Of a stretch of 64,000 nt of DNA, positions 18,630 through 26,455 are shown one piece after another; positions within the stretch are counted from its first letter, which is position 1, and every line of letters starts with the position of its first letter. The position numbers and the translations under genes are program-made. The DNA lies in assembly GCA_017987895.1 (NCBI GenBank), contig JAGNSU010000002.1, positions 74 to 64,073 on the forward strand, read 5' to 3'. Below the pieces are notes generated by a model that did no database searches, was not told the origin of the DNA, and worked only from the letters and a program-made list of their open reading frames with translations. This stretch comes from Flavobacteriales bacterium. GTDB lineage: Bacteria > Bacteroidota > Bacteroidia > Flavobacteriales_F > PHOS-HE28.

Positions 18630-18998
18630 TTAGTCAGGGTCTTTGGCGAAGAGGTTGGCTTGGTGGGTAAGGTGAAAGCCTTCGCAGATGGGGCAGCGGT
18701 AGATGCGCATGCGGCCGCGGCCGGCTTTCCAGATCTTGCTGACAGCACGGTTGGCGCCGTGTTCGGTGTAGATGAATTTGCCGCGGCAGGTGTTGTCCAC
18801 ACGTGGACGGTGAATGATGCGGGTGAGGGTGATGTAGCGGGCGCGGTCCTCCAATCTGGTGCGTTCGCCGAGAGTGAGGCTGTCCAAGTTCTTGAGGGCG
18901 CGCTCGCGGACGTCCGGCTCGGTGAAGCGGAAGAGTTCTTCGTGGAGCCGTGGGTGACTCTTGAGGATCTTGGGGAGGAGTGGGCGGGGTTTGGCCAT
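18630..18998 (-). CDS. small basic protein with a C-terminal zinc-ribbon-like motif
   Basis: Starts MAKPRPLLPK and ends ...RMRIYRCPICEGFHLTHQANLFAKDPD (CxxC plus His residues). No family recognised. Confidence 0.5.
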   Translation of the reverse strand: MAKPRPLLPKILKSHPRLHEELFRFTEPDVRERALKNLDSLTLGERTRLEDRARYITLTRIIHRPRVDNTCRGKFIYTEHGANRAVSKIWKAGRGRMRIYRCPICEGFHLTHQANLFAKDPD

Positions 18999-19079
18999 GG
19001 CAGCGAGCAACGGACGGTTGGTGCTGTGACTATGGTCGTTGGGACTAGGTGGACACGGAGCCGAGGAGGATGGGTACGT

Positions 19080-19107
19080 GGTGAGTGGTGAGTGGTGAGT
19101 GGTGAGT
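19080..19107. repeat. Heptanucleotide microsatellite (GGTGAGT)x4
   Basis: ggtgagtggtgagtggtgagtggtgagt, between the HTH gene stop and the Zn-ribbon gene start. Confidence 0.85.
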
Positions 19108-19133
19108 GGAATGCCAGCCTGGAGCTGCTGACT

Positions 19134-19520
19134 TCAGGCTTCAAGCTGGCCGCCGGCTTCGGGCTTGGGTGGGGAAAGGCGGGCGGTGAGTTCTTCGGTG
19201 AGGGATTGAAGGCGGTCCAAGGGAAGTTTCTCGATGATGGTGGCGATGGGTAGTGGCGGGGTCTCCTGGCGAACAAGGATGGTGAGGGTGTCTTCCGCTG
19301 GCGGTGGTGCACCGGGACCTGGTGTATAGCTGAGCATATCGTGGACGGTACACTTAAGCAAATGGCAGAGACGCTCGATGTGGCCGCACTTGAGCGTGCT
19401 GAATTTGCCGTGGAGGATACGATTGGAGGTATGGTGGCTGAAGCCTTTCTTACGCAACCAGGCGAAGGGTTCGGTGATGCCGCGCATTTTGATGATGCGG
19501 GCCGGATCGAAGGATAGCAT
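19134..19520 (-). CDS. XRE-like helix-turn-helix protein with a Pro-rich C-terminal tail
   Basis: Starts at the ATG giving MLSFDPARIIKMRGITEPFAWLRKKGFSHHTSNRILHGKFSTLKCGHIERLCHLLKCTVHDMLSY. This pattern is common in short Bacteroidota HTH regulators. The longer track ORF (to 19757) has no support upstream. Confidence 0.7.
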   Translation of the reverse strand: MLSFDPARIIKMRGITEPFAWLRKKGFSHHTSNRILHGKFSTLKCGHIERLCHLLKCTVHDMLSYTPGPGAPPPAEDTLTILVRQETPPLPIATIIEKLPLDRLQSLTEELTARLSPPKPEAGGQLEA

Positions 19521-19739
19521 GGTATGTTGGTATTGGTTATGGGGCGGAAGTAATCCGGAAATCAAATGCGCGGCCCCGTGAAAAATATCGGGGTCTTTCC
19601 ACCAAGGGGTGTGAACAACGGCGGAGGGCGCGGTGGTGTTGGGCCCGCATGGACCGTGTTGTGACGGAACGTGCGGTTTGACCCCGGTGGACGATGCCAG
19701 GATCCGGAGTTCTGCACAGTTACCTGAAATGAACGATAG

Positions 19740-20012
19740 GTTGCCTTGATAGGACATTCAGTTCCTTTGTCTATCGTCCTTGTTCCTTTGATAGGTCGCT
19801 CTGTCCTCCTGACCGGTTGATCTGTTCCGTTGAACAGCGTAATCGTGACCATGTTCGGTGAAACTATTCCCTTGAACGGTCCCTATATTCCCTCAAACAG
19901 CGCCTCTGTGATTCTAATTGGCGTTCCAGTTCCATTGGTCGGTGGCTCTGTTCCCCTATCAGCTGTTTGTGTACCCATGATAAGCGTCTCTGTTCCCTTG
20001 AACAAAGCATTG
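19740..20012. repeat. 13 consecutive, exactly phased 21-bp direct repeats (iteron-like array)
   Basis: The core GTTCCnTTG begins at 19740, 19761, 19782, 19803, 19824, 19845, 19866, 19887, 19908, 19929, 19950, 19971 and 19992. Approximate unit consensus is GTTCCnTTGAnnnGnGnnTCT. No single ORF spans the array. Confidence 0.9.
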
Positions 20013-20080
20013 TGGGAACGCTACGGTACCTGTAACCGGACGCATATTCCCTCTTTCGATCAATACCCATCGACAGGGAT

Positions 20081-20177
20081 ACACCTAGTTACCATTATTA
20101 TACATTATGATTCGGCATTCATTATACCATATAGTATACATATTGGTAGATGTTAATTCACATTATTTACTCATTTA
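20081..20177. other. Strongly AT-rich ~100-bp tract with CATTAT-type words
   Basis: accattattatacattatgattcggcattcattataccatatagtatacatattggtagatgttaattcacattatttactcatttattg. This stands out against a high-G+C background and directly follows the 21-bp array. Confidence 0.6.
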
Positions 20178-20234
20178 TTGAAACACATACATGGCAATAT
20201 CAGTAAGAACGGAAAATCAACAACTTCAAAGACC

Positions 20235-20912
20235 ATGACAGACCCACAAGAAAACAGAATGAGCATGTTCCTGAGCACCCAACTGGTGCTGCAGGAAAAC
20301 CAGGGGAAGTGGAGCGGGATACCTGCCTTTGTGCAGGCGAACGCCGACTTCGACGCAGGCATTACCGCATTGCGAGCCGCTACCACCACGCAGATCAAGG
20401 ACCTGCGCGGTTACACCGTAGACAAGCAGAATTCCCAGGAGAGGATGTGGAGCTTGACCATGAAGGTGAGCGGCGGCGTGATGGCCTGGGCGGAGGTGGA
20501 AGGGAACCAGGGCTTGGCACAGGAGATGAACGTGGTGCAGAGCGAGTTCGCTATTTACCGCGACGCTGTTCTGGCGGAGCGCTGCACCGGGGTGCATGAC
20601 GTGGCTCTGGCGAACCTGGCCAACCTTGTGGACTATGGCGTGACCGCAGCGGACACGACAGCGCTGAAGGCGGCCATTGACGCATACATCGCCCTGCTGG
20701 CCCTGCCGCGGATGCTGGTGAACGTGCGCAAGAGCGTGACGAGCGAGATCGGGTTGCTGATCCGCGACAATATGCGCCTGCTGAGCCGCCGGATGGATCG
20801 CTTGATGCGGAGGTTCGAGCTGAGCGACCCGGCGTTCTTCCGGACGTATATGAACGCGCGGATCATCATTGACCAAGGCTCTGGAAAGGCGCCGGTGGTA
20901 GTCGCGGCGTGA
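20235..20912 (+). CDS. hypothetical protein (Ala/Leu-rich, probably helical)
   Basis: First ATG of ORF 20178..20912 (MTDPQENRMSMF...). It is followed by a terminator-like hairpin. No family recognised. Confidence 0.6.
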   Translation: MTDPQENRMSMFLSTQLVLQENQGKWSGIPAFVQANADFDAGITALRAATTTQIKDLRGYTVDKQNSQERMWSLTMKVSGGVMAWAEVEGNQGLAQEMNVVQSEFAIYRDAVLAERCTGVHDVALANLANLVDYGVTAADTTALKAAIDAYIALLALPRMLVNVRKSVTSEIGLLIRDNMRLLSRRMDRLMRRFELSDPAFFRTYMNARIIIDQGSGKAPVVVAA

Positions 20913-20927
20913 GCGACAACACTTGAT

Positions 20928-20967
20928 GCGAAGGGCCCTGGGGTTGACCTGGGGCTTTCGCTTTTTT
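20928..20967 (+). terminator. Rho-independent terminator candidate
   Basis: gcgaagggccctggggttgacctggggctttcgc followed by tttttt. Confidence 0.6.
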
Positions 20968-21122
20968 GAACCAGCTACAAGCCTCTAGCTACTAGCCTCT
21001 AGCTAGTAGCCTCAAGCTTTGAACGCGGGCATGCGACAAGCTGCCTCTGGCTGCAAGCCACAAGCTTGATAACCCGGGCTTGCTCCCCTCCGTAAAACAC
21101 GGCCGACAACGCATGAACCGCC

Positions 21123-21800
21123 ATGATCCGCTCCAACATGACCCCTGCGCAGGTGGCTTCGGCCGCTCGCAGGGACGTGGGGCAAGTGCTGCGGCATGCG
21201 GCGGAGAGGCACAGTGACCTGGAGCGCCTCTGCACCAAACTGGGCAAGGGCGAACAGGTGGCAAAGAGCGGGTGCTTCACTTCACAGAAAGGGTTGCAAT
21301 GGGTGTACGTGGCGGCCGCGAGCCAGGGCCGCGTGCGGATCTACCCCCTCGTTTGGTGGGCGACCACAACGGGCACCTGCGCCATGCAGATCGACGCCGA
21401 GGGGCCTGCGGCCTTCTTCCAGGAACATGTGATGGACCGCTATATCAAACGTTACCTGCGCGGAAGCACGCTGTTCAACGCTTTGCGTGAGTTCCACCGG
21501 CGCAACTTCGACAAGGCGAGCCAGCCATGCGATTACAAAGGCGACCGCGAGAACTACACGGCGGTGATCGACCATGGCTACGTGGCCGGGGAATACCAGA
21601 AGGACGATGCGATAGTCCACTACCGCACCTTTTATGAGTTGGCGCGTGGCGAGAAGCGCTTCGGACACTTGCGCCCGGCCCAGAACTGGCGTCAGCTAAT
21701 GGCCACGATCGACTTTGAACGTGTTGCCCGCCGCGACACGCCACATTTCGCCTGGGGGCGCGGGTACTTGATGCGGGCGGAGATGGGGATGGCGGCGTAG
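21123..21800 (+). CDS. hypothetical protein
   Basis: 225-aa ORF with an ATG start. No recognisable motifs. Confidence 0.5.
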   Translation: MIRSNMTPAQVASAARRDVGQVLRHAAERHSDLERLCTKLGKGEQVAKSGCFTSQKGLQWVYVAAASQGRVRIYPLVWWATTTGTCAMQIDAEGPAAFFQEHVMDRYIKRYLRGSTLFNALREFHRRNFDKASQPCDYKGDRENYTAVIDHGYVAGEYQKDDAIVHYRTFYELARGEKRFGHLRPAQNWRQLMATIDFERVARRDTPHFAWGRGYLMRAEMGMAA

Positions 21801-21971
21801 CCGGTCATCGTTAGCGGTGTGATCACTTCAGTCCGCAGGGTCCCGCGGACGGTGAGCCTGCGGGGACATCGAACACCCAGGCCCCAATGGCAAGCTTGAT
21901 GCGGGCTGCGGATGCGCAAGCCTGAGCTGCGTGCTTGACCCCACGCAGGGGTACCCTACTTTGTCGAACGC

Positions 21972-23066
21972 ATGAAGCCCATCAACACGCTGCTGCTCGT
22001 ACTGGTGTTGCACGCCTCCTGTAACGAACCGAACAAGGCCCCGTTGTCCACCCACAGCGAAAAGCCCGGATCCTCTTCCTCACAACCGGACAGCGCCACG
22101 CTCGCAGCCCGGCTTGCGAACCCGCCCGCCGCCACGGAACAGATCAGCCAGTACATACGCCGGATCTTCCAGGACCGCGACGGGAACTTGTGGTTCGGCA
22201 CCACCAGCGATGGCGTGGCGCGCTACGACGGACGGAACCTCTACTACTTCACACCCACTGAAGGCTTCGCTGGTAATTGGGTGAGCGCAATGGCGCAGGA
22301 CGCCCGTGGCGACTTGTGGTTCGCCACAGGAGGAGGTGTGTCGCGTTATGACGGTCGGCGCTTCATCAACTACTCCACGAAGGATGGTCTGGCCAGCGAT
22401 CAGGTCTGGTGTATGCTGCTCGACAGGAGCGGCGGCTTCTGGTTCGGCACGGAGGAAGGGGTCTCGCGCTTCAATGGAAAAACCTTCACATCCTTCCCTA
22501 TCCCCGCTGCGGATCTCTCGCCTTTCCCCTACTATAAATACCCGAAGCAGATCAATGCGATCATCCAGGACAAGGCCGGGAACATCTGGTTCGGCACCAA
22601 CGGTGGTGGTGTCTACAAGTACGATGGTGCAACGCTGACCAACCTTTCGGAGAAGGATGGTCTGAGCAGCAACTTCGTTCAAACCATCCTGGAAGACCGC
22701 GCAGGGAACTTGTGGTTCGGCACGCGCTCCGGGCTCTGTAGGTATGAGGGGGGATCCCCCGACGCGTCGGGACAAGGACGTTCCACCACCTATGCGCGGA
22801 ACGAACTGAAGGGCGAAGATGTCTGGACGCTCTACCAGAACTCCGGTGGAACCATCTGGATCGCCATGGCCCGAGTGGGGCTATGCAGCTTCGATGGAGC
22901 ATCGTTCACTTGCTACAATGAGCAGGACGGTGCTGGGATCCGGGTGGTGCAGTGCCTGCTAGATGATGACCAGGGACAGCTCTGGATAGGCACCTCGAAC
23001 GGGGTGTATCGCTTCGATGGGGTGCGGTTCACCAATTGGACGAAGGCGGACGCACTTGGCGGCTAG
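21972..23066 (+). CDS. lipoprotein made of two-component-regulator propeller (Reg_prop-type) repeats
   Basis: Signal/lipobox LVLVLHASC. Repeated ...D[RK]xGNLWFGTxxGVxRYDG... units. Confidence 0.8.
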   Translation: MKPINTLLLVLVLHASCNEPNKAPLSTHSEKPGSSSSQPDSATLAARLANPPAATEQISQYIRRIFQDRDGNLWFGTTSDGVARYDGRNLYYFTPTEGFAGNWVSAMAQDARGDLWFATGGGVSRYDGRRFINYSTKDGLASDQVWCMLLDRSGGFWFGTEEGVSRFNGKTFTSFPIPAADLSPFPYYKYPKQINAIIQDKAGNIWFGTNGGGVYKYDGATLTNLSEKDGLSSNFVQTILEDRAGNLWFGTRSGLCRYEGGSPDASGQGRSTTYARNELKGEDVWTLYQNSGGTIWIAMARVGLCSFDGASFTCYNEQDGAGIRVVQCLLDDDQGQLWIGTSNGVYRFDGVRFTNWTKADALGG

Positions 23067-23130
23067 GATATTTCGCTACGGCTATTCGCTTGAACCTTCG
23101 CCGCGATCCCGAGAAGCACATCATGATTCC

Positions 23131-23316
23131 GAGCCTGTTCGGGATCTGTTGAACGAAGGACCCCGAGGCTATTTTTCGATCAGACGAAGCCGGAAGATCA
23201 TCGCGTAGTAGCCTGCCCCGGTCCCCGAACCGGGGGTGCCTACGGGATCATTTTGCGGCGAAGCATGGGCGGAAAAGAGACCGGAGGACGAGTGTGAGGA
23301 GATCCCGAACAGGCTC
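23131..23316. mobile_element. 186-bp MITE-like element with perfect 17-bp terminal inverted repeats
   Basis: Left end gagcctgttcgggatct, right end agatcccgaacaggctc. The interior matches 56633..56818 in reverse orientation. Confidence 0.7.
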
Positions 23317-23363
23317 TAAGACCGGGACAAATCCCATCTTCGGCGCAGCATCCACTCCGACCT

Positions 23364-24317
23364 ATGACACCATTCCTGCGCTGTTCGATCGCCTCGCTCC
23401 TTTTCCCCATGGCCTCGATGCCGAGCGCGTTCGCACAGGATGAGGCGCGCGCTTTCAAGCCGATGTGGGAGGTTGGAGATAGCCGCACCACGACCACTAC
23501 GCGTCAGGCGCAGGAAGTGAAGTACGGCCTGGCGGAAGAGGATACGACCTATATGACCAGTTCCACGATAGAAGTGGCTGGTATGGATCCGAACGCGTAT
23601 GCCTTGGAGGTGCGCTACACCAATGTGGCCTTACAGGCGGTGGCTGCCTTCTATGACGGCCTCGGGGAGGAGCTGAAGGCCTACCAGGACCTCGTGCTCG
23701 CGTACCATGCGGACAAGAGAACCGGAGCAGCGGAGCTACAGAATTGGAAGGAGGCGCAGGCTTTCATGGACCGCAGCTTTCTAGCGATCAGCCGGGTGAT
23801 GGAGAAGCAGGGGCCGGAGGCTTCGCGTACCGCGGAGCGGGCGTTCGCGCCTTTGAAGAGCGTGTTCGCGAGCAAGGAGAGCATCGAAGCGTACATGGAG
23901 AGCCAGGTCGGGTTCCTTTTCTTCCCTTTTGGCAAGACGTTCACACCGGGGGACACGCTGCGGATGGAGGAATGGGCCGAGAACCCGTTCAACCCGGAGG
24001 ATAGCGTTGCGCAGACCACATTGGCTTGGCTGGTGGACGCCGACGGCCCTGGAGGCCTGTGCGAGGTTCATTCGACGGTGCTCCTCGATCTGACCGCTTA
24101 CAAGGAGGGTGTGAAGTCCACGATGCGGAAGGCGGGCGGTTCGGTCGAGGAGATCGATGGGATCGACTTCGATGTCACGAACAGCATGGTGATCACATTG
24201 GATGAGATCACGACCTGGCCGATCAGAGTGGTCCAGAAGGGGAACGTGGTGGCCAACGATGCCAAAGGGCGAAAGGAGAAGTCAGTGGTGACGACGACGG
24301 TGTTGAACCAGCCATGA
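23364..24317 (+). CDS. hypothetical secreted protein
   Basis: Signal peptide (LLFPMASMPSAFAQ). No family recognised. Confidence 0.55.
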   Translation: MTPFLRCSIASLLFPMASMPSAFAQDEARAFKPMWEVGDSRTTTTTRQAQEVKYGLAEEDTTYMTSSTIEVAGMDPNAYALEVRYTNVALQAVAAFYDGLGEELKAYQDLVLAYHADKRTGAAELQNWKEAQAFMDRSFLAISRVMEKQGPEASRTAERAFAPLKSVFASKESIEAYMESQVGFLFFPFGKTFTPGDTLRMEEWAENPFNPEDSVAQTTLAWLVDADGPGGLCEVHSTVLLDLTAYKEGVKSTMRKAGGSVEEIDGIDFDVTNSMVITLDEITTWPIRVVQKGNVVANDAKGRKEKSVVTTTVLNQP

Positions 24318-24333
24318 GTTACGCGGGCAATAC

Positions 24334-26154
24334 TCACTCTGGCCTGCTCTTCTTCCCCTCCAGTTCCTTGATCACCCTCGCCGCATTGCTGTTGTTGGGG
24401 TCCATGGCGAAGGACTTCTTGTAGTTGACCAAGGCCAGCTCTTCTTCGCCGTTCTTCAGGCAGGCCTCCGCATAGCTGTCGTACACGTTGGAACTCTTGG
24501 GATAGAGGTGCATGTTGATGTAGAAGATGTCCCGGGCCAGCACGGTCTTGCCTGTTGCCATGAGGCTGTAGCCGAAGTCGTTGAGCCGACCCTCATGTAC
24601 CGCCTCATCCTCTGGGGCCGCTGACTTGAGTGTGCGATAGGCTGCGACCGCTTCGTCCGGCTTGCCCGCCAGCACGAACTCGAAGGGGATGTGCTCCTCA
24701 TCGGTCATGCGTGGATAACCGTTCTCCACGCTGCCATCGTTCTCGTTCAATCGCAGCATTCTGGCGGCGCTATCCCCTACCGCTTGCTTGAACTGGATGG
24801 GGCGGGCATCCTCGCGGCTGATGAAGGTGCTGTCCGAGATGCGGAAGATCTCGACCGCTTCATCTTCCATGGTCTGCTTGAACAGGCGCGTGCCCTTGTA
24901 CGATACGGTCACGAACGCATCGCTGCCGGTGCGGTAGCGCCCGCTCAGTTGTTGCAAGGAGGCGATATCGCTTTCCAATTTGGTGTAGGTGGGGATATAG
25001 CCCTCCCAGTCGTACGCCCGAGCCACGGAGCGGATCAACTCCCAGTAGAAGTCCGGTTGATTGGCGTTGATCAGAACCACGACGCCGTAGCCCTTGTCGC
25101 GATGCGCCATGAACTGGGCGCAAAAGCCCTCGTCCCATCCGCCGTGCTCGAAGTAGGGCTCTCCTTGGAGGGTCTGGAGGAACACGCCCACACCCGCGTC
25201 CGGGCCTTTGTATTCGTTGAGCATCATCGCGGCCGATGCTTTCGAAAGCACGGCACCCTTCTCCCCTTTGTAGGTGCGTTGCAGGTCGATGACGTACTTG
25301 GCGAGGTCCGCGGCGGTGGTCCAGAGCCCGGCGGCGGCCATCTCCGGATAGGTGTGTCGCTTTCCCTTCGTCATGGAACCATCGGGCACGTAACCGGTGG
25401 CGGCCATCTTCAAGCGTCCCCCAGTGAGCGGTTGTTCGTAGGTGCTGCGGGTCATGCCCAATGGGCGCAACACGAGTTCGTCCATGATATCCGGGAAAGC
25501 AGCGCCTTTCGCATCCATCATCAGTTGTTGCATGATGCAATAGCCTCCACCGGAATAGCGAAAGCCTTCACCGGGCAGCTTGTCCACCACGATGGGTGGT
25601 GAGTTCGCGGGCGCTTCGCCGTTCAGGACCTGCGTGATCGTGGGTACCGGAAGGTCGGGGCTGTAGCCCAGGAAGCCATGCACGGTGGTACCGGCCATGT
25701 GGCCCAGCAACAGTTTCGGGGTGACCTTCTGCTTTTGGGTGAATTCGTTCTCCGGCAGTTCCCACGAGCGCAATTGGGTGTTCACGTCCGTGTCCAAACC
25801 GATGAGGCCCAGCTCTGCCAGCTTCAGTGCGCCATACGTGGCTACAGGCTTGCTGATGGAGCCCGCCTGAAAAAGCGTGGTATCGGTCACCGGCTGCTTG
25901 GTCTCCTTGTCCATCACGCCATAGCTCTTCACCCAGGCGATCTTGTTGTCCTCGATCACCGCGACGCTCACGCCCGGCACGCCGTAGTGCGCCATGCGCT
26001 CCTCGATGGTCCACAACGAGTCCCCTTCCAAATGGACCCTGTGGCCCAGTCCGGTCTCCACTTTTCGGATCAGATCGCTCGCATCCTCCGGGGCTGGGCG
26101 GGCGCAAGAAACGAGCAATGCGATCGGCAGGAACAGAAGCAGGACGGTCTTCAT
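24334..26154 (-). CDS. serine hydrolase (beta-lactamase / PBP4-like family) with a C-terminal TPR-like region
   Basis: Start trimmed to MKTVLLLFLPIALLVSC. SxxK motif in FQAGSISKPV. The C-terminal tail is helical-repeat-like. Confidence 0.85.
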   Translation of the reverse strand: MKTVLLLFLPIALLVSCARPAPEDASDLIRKVETGLGHRVHLEGDSLWTIEERMAHYGVPGVSVAVIEDNKIAWVKSYGVMDKETKQPVTDTTLFQAGSISKPVATYGALKLAELGLIGLDTDVNTQLRSWELPENEFTQKQKVTPKLLLGHMAGTTVHGFLGYSPDLPVPTITQVLNGEAPANSPPIVVDKLPGEGFRYSGGGYCIMQQLMMDAKGAAFPDIMDELVLRPLGMTRSTYEQPLTGGRLKMAATGYVPDGSMTKGKRHTYPEMAAAGLWTTAADLAKYVIDLQRTYKGEKGAVLSKASAAMMLNEYKGPDAGVGVFLQTLQGEPYFEHGGWDEGFCAQFMAHRDKGYGVVVLINANQPDFYWELIRSVARAYDWEGYIPTYTKLESDIASLQQLSGRYRTGSDAFVTVSYKGTRLFKQTMEDEAVEIFRISDSTFISREDARPIQFKQAVGDSAARMLRLNENDGSVENGYPRMTDEEHIPFEFVLAGKPDEAVAAYRTLKSAAPEDEAVHEGRLNDFGYSLMATGKTVLARDIFYINMHLYPKSSNVYDSYAEACLKNGEEELALVNYKKSFAMDPNNSNAARVIKELEGKKSRPE

Positions 26155-26455
26155 GGTACGGGTGTGAGGCTGTTGATCACGGACGAACTGCGGCGGTAAG
26201 ATCGTGCTTGCTTGCACTAGTTACCCTGATGATGGGACAGCCGGTACGTGGCGTCCTTTTCCGTTCCGTCAGGTTAAACCCTATTGGATCGCCAGGCGTG
26301 TACGCGATCCGATCAGGAACGGGCCCCTCCGCGCGATGCGAGCGTGGATAGTGCGGTGAACGCCTACTGAGAGACTGAGCAATGGTAGCGTCCGATCGAA
26401 TACCACTCAGGGTTGCCGGAAGGCATCGCTGAACGTATCCTTGCGTCTTGGGGCT

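Noticed and set aside
19830-20156. 108-aa ORF with a striking 7-residue VPL periodicity.
   Set aside because: The periodicity is simply the translation of the 21-bp DNA repeats. The same frame is closed by a TGA at about 19818 inside the array. The upstream repeat units fall in a different spurious ORF on the other strand, and the ORF runs on into the AT-rich tract.
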